This document shows, one piece after another, positions 38,288-50,848 of a DNA stretch of 64,000 nucleotides (its first letter is position 1; each line of letters starts with the position of its first letter). The stretch is taken from positions 4,704,001-4,768,000 of the forward strand of contig OY970325.1 in assembly GCA_963717145.1 (NCBI GenBank), written 5' to 3'. Position numbers and translations under genes: made by a program. Under the pieces are notes generated by a model. That model was given only the letters and a program-made list of their open reading frames with translations. It was not told where the DNA came from and ran no database searches. The DNA comes from an uncultured Armatimonadetes bacterium. GTDB taxonomy: Bacteria > Armatimonadota > UBA5829 > DTJY01.

Positions 38288-39508
38288 TCAGTGTTGCCCG
38301 CCTACGAGCGAGTAGATCGGCGCTATGATCGAGATCGCGATGAACCCAACCAGCGCTCCGAGTATGACTATCAGTACCGGCTCGATGATCGACGTGAGCC
38401 CCTTGATCCGTGCGTCGGCTTCCTGATAGTAGAACTGGGAAACCCTGAGGAGTAGATCGGGGAGCTGGCCGGTGCGTTCGCCTACGGACGTCATCTGGAT
38501 GAGCAGAGGCGGGAACTCCGGGCTCGACTTGAATGCTTCGGCGATCGAGCTTCCGCTCTCCACACTGCTTCTCGTGAACCGGTAGACTGCGCCGATGATC
38601 TGATTCCCGGACGCCTCTGCCGCCGTCTCGAGCGCGACCATGAGCGGCACCCCTCCGTTCAGTAGCGTGCCGAGCGCAAGGAGTGATCTCGATAGTACGA
38701 TCTTCCGCACGAGGTCGCCCGCGGGCGGCGCATGGAGTTTCAGCCAGTCGAGCCATCTGCGCCCGCTCTTGCTGTTCGCCACTACTCTGAGCGCAAAATA
38801 GGCGATCACCACACCGATGATGAGGGCGTACCAGTAGGCGAGCGTGAACCGACTGATCGCGAGAAGAGCTTTTGTCGTAGGTGGCAGTTCGGCGCCCATC
38901 TGCTTGAAGAGTGTCATGAACCGCGGCAGTACGAAGGTCACCAGCGCGACGACTGTGATCAGCGAGGCGACGACGACGATGATCGGGTACATCATCGCCG
39001 ATTTGACCTTGCGGATGATCTCCAGGTTGCTCTCCAGGTACTGGGCGAGCTGGTCCATCACCTGAGCAAGCTCACCGCCGGCCTCAGCCGTCTTCACCAT
39101 GTCCACGTAGAGCTGCGAGAAGACGCTCGGGTGCCGTGCCAGCGACTGGCTGAGGCTGTGTCCCTGGAGCACCTGCTGCCTCAGATCATTGACCACCGCC
39201 TGGAATGAGGGCGTCTTGACCTGCAGTTCCAGCGATTCGAGCGCTTCGATGATCTGCACGCCGGATGCGATCATGATGGCAAGCTGGCGGCTGAACATCG
39301 CCAGTTCTTCCAGCTTGACCTTGGTCTTTCTTGACCTGCGAGCGGCGACCGATCTGTGACGTGACTTCGAATGGGCGGACGAGAGCGATATCAACTGCAG
39401 TCCCATCTCCTGGACGCGGTCGATCGCGGCGGACTCTCCGTCCACCTCCACCTCGCCGGTCTGAACCTGTCCCCCGGCGCCTATGGCTCTATATGCGTAT
39501 GCGGGCAT
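38288..39508 (-). CDS. pilC: PilC/GspF inner-membrane platform protein
   Basis: FSRQLA, AEAGGEL, YP and IIEP motifs; start MPAYAYRA. Confidence 0.9.
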   Translation of the reverse strand: MPAYAYRAIGAGGQVQTGEVEVDGESAAIDRVQEMGLQLISLSSAHSKSRHRSVAARRSRKTKVKLEELAMFSRQLAIMIASGVQIIEALESLELQVKTPSFQAVVNDLRQQVLQGHSLSQSLARHPSVFSQLYVDMVKTAEAGGELAQVMDQLAQYLESNLEIIRKVKSAMMYPIIVVVASLITVVALVTFVLPRFMTLFKQMGAELPPTTKALLAISRFTLAYWYALIIGVVIAYFALRVVANSKSGRRWLDWLKLHAPPAGDLVRKIVLSRSLLALGTLLNGGVPLMVALETAAEASGNQIIGAVYRFTRSSVESGSSIAEAFKSSPEFPPLLIQMTSVGERTGQLPDLLLRVSQFYYQEADARIKGLTSIIEPVLIVILGALVGFIAISIIAPIYSLVGGQH

Positions 39509-39544
39509 ACTCTCTCCTATCTGTGCAGGGTCACCCTTCCACCG

Positions 39545-39611
39545 TGGATGCTGAACCAAGTTCAGCATGACGCTTGCCCGATACGTCATGCTGAACTCGG
39601 TTCAGCATCCA
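39545..39611. repeat. Palindromic element (gtcatgctgaactcggttcagcatcc type)
   Basis: Inverted arms, each with an internal hairpin; related half-site inside the secretin 3' end at about 41370-41392. Confidence 0.8.
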
Positions 39612-39635
39612 TGCAGGAGGGTGAACCTGCACAGA

Positions 39636-41348
<1,713 letters not shown>

Positions 41349-41350
41349 CG

Positions 41351-42706
41351 TTACTTGGCCTCCGGTCCTGACCCTGAACTTGATTCAGGGGATTCAGGAT
41401 CGCCTATTATCTGAGGTGTTATGACGATAACGATCTCGGACCTCGTCTTGTTGTTCTTGCGGAACTTGAACAGCTCGCCGAGGATCGGCACGTCGGACAG
41501 GAGAGGGACCCTGGACATGGACTGGATGTCTTCCTCCCTGAACAGGCCGCCGATCGCGATCGCCTCGCCGCTCTTCACTCTGAGCGTCGTCTGGGTTTCC
41601 CGCGTGCTGATCTGAGGGTAGCTCCCGACATCAGTCTTCAGGTAGCCGGTGACCGTGCTGACCTGCGGGTAGATGCCCAGCGTGATGTAGCCGTCCGAGC
41701 TGATCTTCGGGATTATCTGGAGGTAGATGCCGACTTTCTCCTCGGCCTTGTCAAAGATGGGAGTGCCGAGTTGTGTGTAGCCGATCAGAATCGGGTAGAG
41801 CAGCCGGTCACCGATGAGGATGCTCGCCCGCTCGGAATCCATGGCTGACAGACTTGGCTTGGCGAGAAGGCGCGCGTTTCCGTTGGTCACGAGGGCGCTG
41901 ATCGTTGCTTCCAGACTCATGCCCGACCGCGAGAACTTGCCGAACTGCATGACGCCGGGAGCAGGGCTCTCCTCGGTGAGGCCCACTTTGTTCCATGACC
42001 ACTGCACTCCGAGTTCCTTCAGCCCGGTTTCCGTTACGTCGAGTATCATCGCCTCGACGCGAGCCTGGGGGCGGGGCGTATCGAGCCGACGGCAGAGATC
42101 GATCGCCTCCTGCACCTGTGCCTTCGATCCCCTGATGATGAGTGTCTGCGATGCGGACGTATGTTGACTCTGGGCTGCCGAACCACCGGCGGCCGAGTCG
42201 CCGCCCGGATACGGACGGTCCGATCCGGATGCGAGCGTCGGGGTGATCGTGTCCGGCGCGCATGCGACGGTGAGGCCGGATATCATCAAACCGAGGGTCT
42301 CCTTCAGCTTATCAGGGCTGAGATAGTTGGACGTATAGAGCGCCATGACCGGTGGATCCGGCGTCACAGGAGGCGTGACCGCGTCCGGGTAGGCGTTCTT
42401 CAGGCTCTCAGGCTTGGCGACCACATACGCCGAGCCTTCCTTCTGCCAGCCGAACCCCTGCATCTTGACGATATAATCGAGTGCGTTCTCGAATGATACC
42501 TGCTTGAGCTGCACGGTGATCGTGCCCTTGACGTCGCTGCTCACGACGACATTCCGGCCCGACTGCAGTGACAGCGCATTCAGCACGTCGGAGATGTCCG
42601 TGCTGACCGCCTGCACATCGTGAAGCTGATCCGCCCGGCAAAAGCCGGACAGGATGAGCAACGCTACTCCAATGACTATCGAATCCCTGCTACTCAGTTT
42701 TCTCAT
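41351..42706 (-). CDS. Secretin (PilQ/GspD family)
   Basis: Signal peptide; LDTPRPQARVEA, AIGGL, VPLLSDVPILGELFK and EIVIVITP motifs. Confidence 0.9.
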   Translation of the reverse strand: MRKLSSRDSIVIGVALLILSGFCRADQLHDVQAVSTDISDVLNALSLQSGRNVVVSSDVKGTITVQLKQVSFENALDYIVKMQGFGWQKEGSAYVVAKPESLKNAYPDAVTPPVTPDPPVMALYTSNYLSPDKLKETLGLMISGLTVACAPDTITPTLASGSDRPYPGGDSAAGGSAAQSQHTSASQTLIIRGSKAQVQEAIDLCRRLDTPRPQARVEAMILDVTETGLKELGVQWSWNKVGLTEESPAPGVMQFGKFSRSGMSLEATISALVTNGNARLLAKPSLSAMDSERASILIGDRLLYPILIGYTQLGTPIFDKAEEKVGIYLQIIPKISSDGYITLGIYPQVSTVTGYLKTDVGSYPQISTRETQTTLRVKSGEAIAIGGLFREEDIQSMSRVPLLSDVPILGELFKFRKNNKTRSEIVIVITPQIIGDPESPESSSGSGPEAK

Positions 42707-43298
42707 GTACTCCAGATCCTCTCTCAATACTGAGGATTGAGAACGTGCCGCCATACCGAATGGCGACCGTTCCACTTATGATCTTGGCGACGATGACTCC
42801 GTCGCCGAGTTGATCTCCCTCATGGACAAAATGTGTCTTGCCCGAACCGTCTTTGATGATGGCCAGAGGCGCATCGCCGGATATCACCGCCTGGAGCTTC
42901 CAGCTCGGCGGTTGGGCTCCAGGCTTATCGGACGCCGGCCTCGATGTCTGCCCGGGTGGCAGAGGGTTGATCGGCCTCATCCCCTCGACCTTCAGCGGCG
43001 GCATCGGCAGCAGGTTGCCCGGCGGCAACTGCAGGCCGTTTGGCGCTCCCGTCTGCTTGGATCCCGGCATCGGCGGCGTGAAGAGCACCGGATGCCCGAA
43101 TGGATCTCGCGCGGGCGGGATGTCATCGAGCGCCGGAGCCGACCCGGTCTGCGCGGCCGATTGTGCTTCCTGTACGGCTGCACGGTTGCCGGCGCTGGCT
43201 GCTCCTCCCCTGATGCGCATCCACGTGACCGCCAGTGCTCCGATCAGGATGACGATCAGGGCGATTGTGACCGCGGGATTGTTCTTTGCGTCTTTCAT
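42690..43298 (-). CDS. PilP/GspC-like protein
   Basis: TM helix, RDPF, Pro-rich linker and LQAVISG...VHEGD; position after pilMNO. Confidence 0.65.
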   Translation of the reverse strand: MKDAKNNPAVTIALIVILIGALAVTWMRIRGGAASAGNRAAVQEAQSAAQTGSAPALDDIPPARDPFGHPVLFTPPMPGSKQTGAPNGLQLPPGNLLPMPPLKVEGMRPINPLPPGQTSRPASDKPGAQPPSWKLQAVISGDAPLAIIKDGSGKTHFVHEGDQLGDGVIVAKIISGTVAIRYGGTFSILSIERGSGVHEKTE

Positions 43299-43900
43299 AT
43301 CGTCTTCCCCCCGGGCTCGATCATGCAGAGCGTCAACGTGAGCTTTGCATCGAGCAGAGCGCGGTGAGTCTTACAGTCGACCGACCGTCGGGACAGCTCG
43401 ATTTGGGTCACTTTCATCACCTTGGGCAGCTTCGAGAGCCCGGCGATGAAATCGTTCACCCCACGGTAATCCGTGAGCATCTCGATGGTGACCTCGATCG
43501 GTTTGTACTTGATCGCCTCCTTGTTCGGCGCGTTCGGATCGGTGATGACCTCGATCGGCTTCGGTTTGATCGTGTTCAGCTTGCACCCCGTTCGGACGGA
43601 CAGGTCGGTGATCTGTCGAATGAAGGTGGACATGAACTTGCCGCCGTCGAGTGGGACCTCCACTGGCATCACGGCCTCGCTCAGGCCTGTGGTTGACGCC
43701 ATCTCGGCAGTCAGGCCCTCGATCGTCTTCGTCTGCTGGGCCATCGCGATCTGCGTGCTTCTGACGCCGGTCACATTCACATAGAACCGGTAGCCGTGAT
43801 AGCAGACGGCGAGCGCCATGGCGAGAATCATCGCCAGTCTCATCCCGCTGAGCACGGATATGTACTGTTTTCCGAAGGAGCACTTGGGAAATCGTCTCAT
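43295..43900 (-). CDS. pilO: PilO-like protein
   Basis: TM, coiled coil and a Y.....FI..LSKLPK domain; gene order. Confidence 0.75.
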   Translation of the reverse strand: MRRFPKCSFGKQYISVLSGMRLAMILAMALAVCYHGYRFYVNVTGVRSTQIAMAQQTKTIEGLTAEMASTTGLSEAVMPVEVPLDGGKFMSTFIRQITDLSVRTGCKLNTIKPKPIEVITDPNAPNKEAIKYKPIEVTIEMLTDYRGVNDFIAGLSKLPKVMKVTQIELSRRSVDCKTHRALLDAKLTLTLCMIEPGGKTI

Positions 43901-43918
43901 TCTTCACCTATCCGCCGA

Positions 43919-43986
43919 TGTCATTCTGAGCGCAGCGAAGAATCTGTTTCCCGAGGGCCAGATTCTTCGCTTCGCTCAGAATGACA
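43919..43986. repeat. Family-B palindrome between pilN and pilO
   Basis: tgtcattctgagcgcagcgaagaatctg ... cagattcttcgcttcgctcagaatgaca. Confidence 0.88.
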
Positions 43987-43993
43987 GTGATCG

Positions 43994-44560
43994 TTACTTC
44001 TTCTTCGATTTTGCGATCAACGCATAGCAGCGAAAACCGACCGTGGGCAGGCCGTTGATCTCGCCGGCCTGCGTGGATTCGAGCTGTACTGAGCCGAACC
44101 GGGATGATCTCGACAGGTTGCTGATGAGCAGCGCCACCTGTTCCAGGGACATCGCCGTGCCCGAGATCTTCAGACACTCTCCCTTGGGAGTCTTCTCAGT
44201 GACCACCTGGTTCAGAAAGACGCCGTCCGGTGTGCTCCTGCCAAGCGCGAATAACGTGCCACGCCATTGCCTGTTCACCTCTCGAATCTCGACCGCCCAT
44301 TTGAACTCCCCGTATTCTTGAGTCTGGCGGTCCTTCGTCGCCTGCAGGTACTTCTCGCGCTGGTCTAGCACTCGCTTCTGGGCGGTCACTGCCTGAAGTC
44401 GCCCGGCAGCTCTGGCACTCGCCACGTGGAACACTGAAGTCAGAATGCAAGTCAGCAGCACACACGCCAGGCATGTGGCTATGATGCGCATCGCCTGGTC
44501 TCTCAGCGATATGCGCTCGGCCAGCTTATCCTCTATGAGGTTGACGGGTCGCATTGCCAT
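43994..44560 (-). CDS. pilN: PilN-like protein
   Basis: VNLI motif, TM helix, TPDGVFL, ISGTA and F.SVQL. Confidence 0.8.
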   Translation of the reverse strand: MAMRPVNLIEDKLAERISLRDQAMRIIATCLACVLLTCILTSVFHVASARAAGRLQAVTAQKRVLDQREKYLQATKDRQTQEYGEFKWAVEIREVNRQWRGTLFALGRSTPDGVFLNQVVTEKTPKGECLKISGTAMSLEQVALLISNLSRSSRFGSVQLESTQAGEINGLPTVGFRCYALIAKSKKK

Positions 44561-44571
44561 TGGTTAGTGCC

Positions 44572-45696
44572 TCAGGATGCCACGTGAGCGGCGATCAGCC
44601 CCGCGCTGACTATGAATGACATACGCTTTCCATTCAGTCTGTCCAACGCACCGCCGACGTTGCTGAGCGGGAGCGTTGACAGCGGATCGGCGATCTCGAT
44701 AGGTATGTCGAGTTCGCTGGACAGATGCCTGCTGAGCCCGGGAAGGGACGCAAGTCCTCCGCCCACGGACAGCTTCGACACTATCCCTTCGTAGCTGCCC
44801 TCTGGGAAAAGCGATTGATAGTAACTGCACGATCGCCGGATCTCCTGGTCGAGTCGCGCGATTTCGCCGCGCAGGCCCTCCAGCAAGTCCGGCTGTCCCT
44901 GTGATAACATCAGAGCGCCTTCGTCGTCGAAACTCATCAGCGCCAGGAGTTCGTGTTCGTCCATCCGACTGCTGTCCGCGCCGATGTTCTCGGCAATGAG
45001 ACGAGCAAGATTGCCTCCCCCGATCGGAATGCGGCGAGAGAACTCCAGTTCGCCGTCTTTCGTGACATAGAAATCGGTTCCAGCCGAGCCGAGCACCAGG
45101 ACCGCCTGCGGCTGAGTCCCCCATGACAACTCGCTCTTCGGCGCGGATTGTGCGATGGCTCGCACGGCTGCAAGCGGCTCGATGTCCATGCCGGCGGGAT
45201 CGAGTCCTGCCATCTCCGCGGCCTCGAAGCGACTGTCCACAATAGTGCGGGGGACGGCGATCAGCAGCACGCGCATCTTGTCGTCGGCTTGTCTGGCTCG
45301 TCGGCTGAGAATTCGGCAGTCGATCACCGCATGGTCCGCCGAGAACGGCAGATGCTTTCGAGCCTCGAACCGGATCGCCTCCTTGAGGTCCGACTCGGAC
45401 ATCAACGGCATCTCGATCCACTTGAGCGCGAGACTCGGGCCGCCGACCGCAAGGAGCACCCGTCCGCTGCCCACGCTATTGCGGTCGAGTGCCGTGCGAA
45501 GCGCATCCGCGACGGCGTGCTTGTTTTTCACCATGCCGTTCTCGATGGCGCCCTTAGGCGTCGGCCACGAATCTGCGTTGCGCAATATCGGAAGACCGCC
45601 GGTCTGCTCGATCTGCAGCACCTTCAGCGTGCTCGATCCGATGTCCAGTGCCAGTACGGATTTCGGGCCTAGAAACTTGGTAAACAACCCATTCAA
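44572..45696 (-). CDS. pilM: Type IV pilus assembly protein PilM
   Basis: LALDIGSSTLK, EARKHLPF, DIEPLA and GGGLA actin-fold motifs. Confidence 0.9.
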   Translation of the reverse strand: MNGLFTKFLGPKSVLALDIGSSTLKVLQIEQTGGLPILRNADSWPTPKGAIENGMVKNKHAVADALRTALDRNSVGSGRVLLAVGGPSLALKWIEMPLMSESDLKEAIRFEARKHLPFSADHAVIDCRILSRRARQADDKMRVLLIAVPRTIVDSRFEAAEMAGLDPAGMDIEPLAAVRAIAQSAPKSELSWGTQPQAVLVLGSAGTDFYVTKDGELEFSRRIPIGGGNLARLIAENIGADSSRMDEHELLALMSFDDEGALMLSQGQPDLLEGLRGEIARLDQEIRRSCSYYQSLFPEGSYEGIVSKLSVGGGLASLPGLSRHLSSELDIPIEIADPLSTLPLSNVGGALDRLNGKRMSFIVSAGLIAAHVAS

Positions 45697-45852
45697 GTGC
45701 GAATACTCCGGGCGGAAGTCTCCGTTGACGTGCTGAGACCGCTGTCGCCGCCATTATCAATTATGGTAGAAATACCTGCCCGGCTTTAGCCGAGCGGATC
45801 GGGTATAATAGGGAGAGTCGGGGCTGAGCGCTCTGACAGGGGGTTTCCGGGG

Positions 45853-46806
45853 TTGAGTTGGCTGGATATCGCCATACCGATCGTGATAGTCCTGTTCGCG
45901 TATCTTGGGACGAGGAACGGCTTCCTTGTGGGCCTGCTGGAGCTTGTCGGACTTGCTGCCTCGATTGCTATCCCACTGTTCACCTATGTACCTGTGAGCA
46001 AGCTTGCGGTCGGTCTGGGCGTGCCCAGGGGCTATGCCGGCGCCGTCACCTATTTCGCGATCTGGCTGATCATCTCGAACGCATACTTCATCCTGGCACG
46101 CCGGTTCTATCGCCGCCTGCCCCGGGGGGTACGTCAGTCGCGCATCAATCGTGCCCTCGGCGTGATTCCCGGCATCGCTCGCGGATTGGTCATCATCACG
46201 CTGCTCCTCGCCGTCGCCTCCACTCTGGTGGTCCCGTTTCTCAGCGACCGGGCCATAGATGACTCGGTGATTGCCCGCCCGCTACTCAGATCAAGTGTTA
46301 TTGTCTCCAAATACGCCATCGATGTCTTCGGTGAGGCGATTCAGTCCGCGTTCGGGTTCTTGACCGTACATCCGGGGTCAGGTGAGATAGTCAAGCTTCC
46401 CTATACGGTCGCGTCCCCCGAGATCGATCCCAGGGCCGAGGTCGAGATGCTTCGTCTGGTCAATAAGGAGCGCGTCAGCAGGGGGTTGGTGCCGCTGAAG
46501 ATGGACACCACGATCCGAGCGGTGGCCCGGAAGCATTCGAGCGATATGTTCAGGCGAGGGTATTTCGCGCACACGACACCGGATGGAGTCGATCCATTCC
46601 AACGCATGAAGCGGGGCAGGGTGCGTTATGCCGAAGCAGGGGAGAACCTCGCGCTCGCACGCAACGTCAAGATCGCCCACGCGGGCCTGATGAAGAGTCC
46701 GGGCCACAGGGAGAACATACTGCACAGGGGGTACCGCAGGATCGGCATTGGAGCGGCCTCCAACCGCCGATACGGAACCATGTTCACCCAGAACTTCGCG
46801 AACTAG
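45853..46806 (+). CDS. CvpA family membrane domain fused to a CAP/SCP domain
   Basis: WLDIAI...G..NG and NRALG in the N-terminal half; LVNKER, ARKHSSDM, GENLA, SPGHRENIL and TQNF in the C-terminal half. Confidence 0.88.
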   Translation: MSWLDIAIPIVIVLFAYLGTRNGFLVGLLELVGLAASIAIPLFTYVPVSKLAVGLGVPRGYAGAVTYFAIWLIISNAYFILARRFYRRLPRGVRQSRINRALGVIPGIARGLVIITLLLAVASTLVVPFLSDRAIDDSVIARPLLRSSVIVSKYAIDVFGEAIQSAFGFLTVHPGSGEIVKLPYTVASPEIDPRAEVEMLRLVNKERVSRGLVPLKMDTTIRAVARKHSSDMFRRGYFAHTTPDGVDPFQRMKRGRVRYAEAGENLALARNVKIAHAGLMKSPGHRENILHRGYRRIGIGAASNRRYGTMFTQNFAN

Positions 46807-46817
46807 CCGCTACGAAG

Positions 46818-48134
46818 TCAGAATGTCACCACACCGAGCGCTCGTTGAAGCCGAGCATAGGCGACGCTGTACTTGAACCGCGACTTATCCAGGTTCGTGC
46901 GAGCCGCCGCCAAGGATGCGAGGGCGTCCGCCACCTCGACCGCCGTGCCGACACCGGCCTCGTACCTGACACCTGAGATGTCGTATGCCTCTTGAGCCTG
47001 GGTCAAGCGCGTCTCAGCAGTGCTGATCGTCAACCGGGCGGTCCGGAGGTCGAGGTACTGCTGCCTGACATCCTGCTCGACTTCGAGGAGACTCTCCTCC
47101 AGGTTCGAGTGCGCCTCGTCACGTGCCGACTTGGCCTTCGAGACGTTGGAGCTGATCCTGCCGCCATCGTAGATCGGCAGGCTCGCGGTTGCGCCGAATG
47201 TCATGCCGGACGACAACACGGGCGATTCCCTGCTGACCTGCTGATAGCTCGCGGTAACGGCGATCCTCGGCCGGCGCTCCGACCTCGCGGCCTCGATCGC
47301 GGCCTCATTGGCTGACAACTGCGCTCGTGCCGCCAGGACCTCCCCTCGCCGATCGAGAGCCTTCTTGACGAGCGCGTCGACGTCCTCCGCGGGGAACGTC
47401 ACCATCGGCGGTTGGACCAGCTGCTGGTCCTGTGCGATCGGCGATGCGATCAGCCGATTGAGATTGAACACCGCCGAACGGGCCTGGCTGCGGGCCTCCT
47501 CGAGGCTTTGCTCGGCCTCGGATACCGTCGTCTGTGCGCGGAGGACGTCGAACCTGGCCGCCGTGCCAACCTCGAACTTGTCCTGTGCGACCTTCAGATG
47601 CTGCCGGGCCGCTGCCAGGTTCAGCTCCTGAGAGACGATCAGGCTCTGGGCAAGCAGCGCGCTGTAGTACGACTCCCGAGTCTGCAGCGCCGTTTGAGCC
47701 TCCGTGGCTGCCAGGCTCTCGAGTGCGACGTCATAGAGAGCGTTCGCCTGCGACGTTCGGTATGCGAACAGACCGCCCGCATAGACCGCCTGGCGCACCT
47801 CGATCGTAGCAGTCGTGTTTTCGGCCGAATAGACGGTGACGGTCTGTGGGGGCACCCCGGGAGCGATAGATGGAATGTCGAATGCCCCGCCTGCCGGATT
47901 GCGCTCATACTCGGCACGCAGCTCGATCGACGGCAGGCGTCCCAAGCGCACGATCCCGATCTGCGCCCGGGCCTGATCGACTCGCTCATGGGCGGCTTGC
48001 ACTGACAGGTTCCGGGCGATGGACTTCTTCACCGCGTCATCGATGGTCAGAGGCTCCTGCGCCATCGATGGCATCAGGAGTATGCATACAAGCCCGAGCG
48101 ATATGCTGATCTTCCGACATGTCATGTGAATCAC
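46818..48134 (-). CDS. TolC family outer-membrane efflux protein
   Basis: LTIDDAV, two OEP repeats, LPIYDGG and YEAGVGT motifs. Confidence 0.9.
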   Translation of the reverse strand: MIHMTCRKISISLGLVCILLMPSMAQEPLTIDDAVKKSIARNLSVQAAHERVDQARAQIGIVRLGRLPSIELRAEYERNPAGGAFDIPSIAPGVPPQTVTVYSAENTTATIEVRQAVYAGGLFAYRTSQANALYDVALESLAATEAQTALQTRESYYSALLAQSLIVSQELNLAAARQHLKVAQDKFEVGTAARFDVLRAQTTVSEAEQSLEEARSQARSAVFNLNRLIASPIAQDQQLVQPPMVTFPAEDVDALVKKALDRRGEVLAARAQLSANEAAIEAARSERRPRIAVTASYQQVSRESPVLSSGMTFGATASLPIYDGGRISSNVSKAKSARDEAHSNLEESLLEVEQDVRQQYLDLRTARLTISTAETRLTQAQEAYDISGVRYEAGVGTAVEVADALASLAAARTNLDKSRFKYSVAYARLQRALGVVTF

Positions 48135-48146
48135 CGTCTTGACCGG

Positions 48147-48226
48147 CTATCGTTGGGGATGGAGTTGGACTCCATCCCCCTGGCTTAGTTACCGGGGATG
48201 GAGTCCAACTCCATCCCCAACGATAG
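48147..48226. repeat. REP-like doublet
   Basis: 33-bp perfect inverted arms ctatcgttggggatggagttggactccatcccc. Confidence 0.88.
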
Positions 48227-48250
48227 TTGCGAATCATCATGCAGGACGAA

Positions 48251-49198
48251 CTACCGGGCCGGCTGTTCCGAGTATATGACCTCAGCCACCGTTTCGCCCA
48301 CAATCCGCAGGGATTCCGGGCTGCACTTGTCCACCGTATCCTCGAGCGTATGCCAGTAGGCATAGTCGAAGTCGATGATGTCGATACACGGGATGCCGCG
48401 CTCGATCAGCGGCAGATGGTCGTCCGCGATCGCGTATTTCGGCTTGTCGATGAACTGCTTCTCATAGCCCAACCTGGCCGCGGTCTTCCACACCTTGGTC
48501 ACGATCTCCGGGGCGGACCCATTCGAGTTGCGCTCGCGGTAGATCTGCAGGTCCTTGTCGCCGACCATGTCGAGGAGGATGCCGTACCTGATCCTCTCGG
48601 GCTTATCCAGCTTCGACGCGAAGTACCGCGCGCCGAGGAGCATATCTTTGCCGGTGGGACCGAGATCCTCGCCGTCGAAAAGCATAATAGTGACCGGAAC
48701 CTTGGCGCACTGCTGCTTGAACATCCGCGCGAGTTCGAGAAGGACCGCCACGCCGGATGCGCCGTCATTCGCGCCGATGATCGGTTTCCTCTGATCGGCG
48801 GGATCGAGTTCCTGATCGGCTGTCGGGCGCGTATCCCAGTGGGCGCACAGGAGGATTTCCTTGCCCTCGGTCGGCCCGAACGAGGCGATCACATTCCACA
48901 TCTGGAACTTCTCGTTCCCGCGCTTGTGCTCGAAGCTCTGGACGGCCACGCGGTTGGAACACGCCTTCATGTCTGCGACCAGGCAATCCTTGAGCTTCCT
49001 GTGAGCTTCCGAGCCGGGCGGTCGCGGGCCGAAGTCGCACTGCTTCTTCAGGGCGGCGAAGGACTTCTCGGCGTCGAACTTCGGACGGCTGGTCCCGGCC
49101 GCGCACCCGGTCAAGAGGAGAGTGGTGAGGGCAAAGAGCAGTACCAGTGCCGCGCGCACGCGGATGGTCTGGAGCCGGAAATGAATATGCAAAGCCAT
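48251..49198 (-). CDS. M28 peptidase / glutaminyl cyclase-like lipoprotein
   Basis: LTGC lipobox; AHWDTR, GANDGASG, FDGED, DDH and WHT motifs. Confidence 0.88.
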   Translation of the reverse strand: MALHIHFRLQTIRVRAALVLLFALTTLLLTGCAAGTSRPKFDAEKSFAALKKQCDFGPRPPGSEAHRKLKDCLVADMKACSNRVAVQSFEHKRGNEKFQMWNVIASFGPTEGKEILLCAHWDTRPTADQELDPADQRKPIIGANDGASGVAVLLELARMFKQQCAKVPVTIMLFDGEDLGPTGKDMLLGARYFASKLDKPERIRYGILLDMVGDKDLQIYRERNSNGSAPEIVTKVWKTAARLGYEKQFIDKPKYAIADDHLPLIERGIPCIDIIDFDYAYWHTLEDTVDKCSPESLRIVGETVAEVIYSEQPAR

Positions 49199-49252
49199 TG
49201 ACTGCCCTTTCGATGTTGCGCACAGCAAACCGTTCGTCACCGGTATAAAAGC

Positions 49253-49642
49253 CTACATTCGGCACTGGACACGGACTGCCGCTACGCCATAGGAAGCGGC
49301 CACCCCGCCGACCAATGCGAATGCCCACACCATAATAAGCTTCGATGAAACGTATGGCTCGGTTGCGAACCGGAAGGCGACGTAGCTCATCACGGCCATT
49401 GGCAGCACGTATGCAACTCTGCCGGGGAGCGACCTGCTGCGCCGGATCCCCGCGAGTATAAGCGGCGCCCACCACAGCATTGTAACCACCAGTGGTCCGT
49501 GAAGTGAGCGCTCCGGAGGAGTGCCGACCCTCACGATCACGGAAGCCGCGAAGAAGAGCAGTATCCCGACAGTTGCGCTTATACATCCAAGAGCCAGTGC
49601 TCGGTTGTCCTTTGGAGTAGGGTTTTCGACAGGGTCGTTCAT
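49253..49642 (-). CDS. Hypothetical membrane protein with about four TM helices
   Basis: Hydrophobic ORF co-oriented between prfB and the M28 gene. Confidence 0.55.
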   Translation of the reverse strand: MNDPVENPTPKDNRALALGCISATVGILLFFAASVIVRVGTPPERSLHGPLVVTMLWWAPLILAGIRRSRSLPGRVAYVLPMAVMSYVAFRFATEPYVSSKLIMVWAFALVGGVAASYGVAAVRVQCRM

Positions 49643-49722
49643 CTGGATGCCGCATCTCCCGGGCTGAACTACTTGCCGTTCGCTACAATGCAACGTCTCA
49701 TATCACTATACTCCAGATCGAG

Positions 49723-50836
49723 CTATTCGGTTTCAGTCGACAGCCGCCACCGCAGATACGCATCGATGAACATGTCGAGGTCTCCGTCCATGACCGCGAT
49801 GATGTTGCCCGTTTCGGTATCCGTCCGCAGGTCTTTGACCAACTGATACGGTTGGAAGACGTATGAGCGAATCTGACTTCCCCATTCGATCGCCCGCTTT
49901 TCGCCTCTCAACTCCGCGAGCCTGGCCTCGCTCTCACGCCGCTCCAATTCGAGGAGTCGCGCCTTCAGGACCTTCATCGCCACTTCGCGATTCTGGTGCT
50001 GAGAGCGTTCGTTCTGGCAGCTCACGATGATCCCGCTCGGGATGTGCGTGATACGGACCGCCGAGTCCGTCTTGTTGACGTGCTGGCCGCCCGCGCTGCT
50101 CGCACGGTAGGTGTCGATCCTCAGGTCGTCCGAGTTGATCTCGATGTCTTCGGTCTCGGCGATCTCCGGCACGATGTCCACCGACGCAAACGACGTGTGC
50201 CGCCGTTTGTTCGAGTCGAACGGCGAGATGCGCACCAGCCGGTGGACGCCCCGCTCCGACTTGAGGTAGCCGTATGCATTCAACCCGCGCACGGTGAACG
50301 TGACGCTCTTCAGGCCGGCGACGTCGCCTTCCACGGAGTCGATGACCTCGGTCGTGTAGCCCCGACGCTCTCCCCAGCGCAGGTACATGCGGAGGAGCAT
50401 CTCGACCCAGTCGCACGACTCGGTGCCGCCCGCGCCGGAGTTGATCTCGACGATCGCATCCGACGAATCGTGCACCTCGTTCAGCATGGTGGACAGCTCG
50501 AGGTCGTCCATCCGACGCCTGGCAACGTCGAGGTCGTTTCGGATCTCGACCTCGTATTCGCCACCATCCTCTTCGTCGGCCGCCAACTCGACGTATGCGT
50601 CGAGGTCGCCGATCTTCTTCTCGAGGTCGATCCACGGATCGACCGATTGCCGCAGTTGTGTGAGCTGTCGGAGCACGCCCTGCGCCTTCTCCTGGTCGTC
50701 CCAGAAGCCCGGCTGAGCGGTCTGCGCCTCGAGCTTGGTTATCTCATCCTGCCTCTGGGCGAGGTCAAAGATGCCTCCTAAGCTCTTCTGACTTCTCCTT
50801 CAGAGCATCCAGTTCTTTTTTCAGATCTGCTAGCAA
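49723..50836 (-). CDS. prfB: Peptide chain release factor 2 with programmed +1 frameshift
   Basis: TTG start at 50836 after AAGGAG gives MLADLKKELDALKEKSEELRRHL, then CTT TGA C. SPF and GGQ motifs follow in the +1 frame. Confidence 0.96.
50764..50779 (-). promoter_or_regulatory. prfB autoregulatory frameshift site
   Basis: AGGAGG CAT CTT TGA C: an internal SD, 3 nt, the slippery Leu codon and UGA. Confidence 0.95.
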
Positions 50837-50848
50837 ATCGGTTACTCC

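Noticed and set aside
49723-50836. prfB as a pseudogene or novel recoding event
   Set aside because: It is the canonical, well-known RF2 +1 programmed frameshift.
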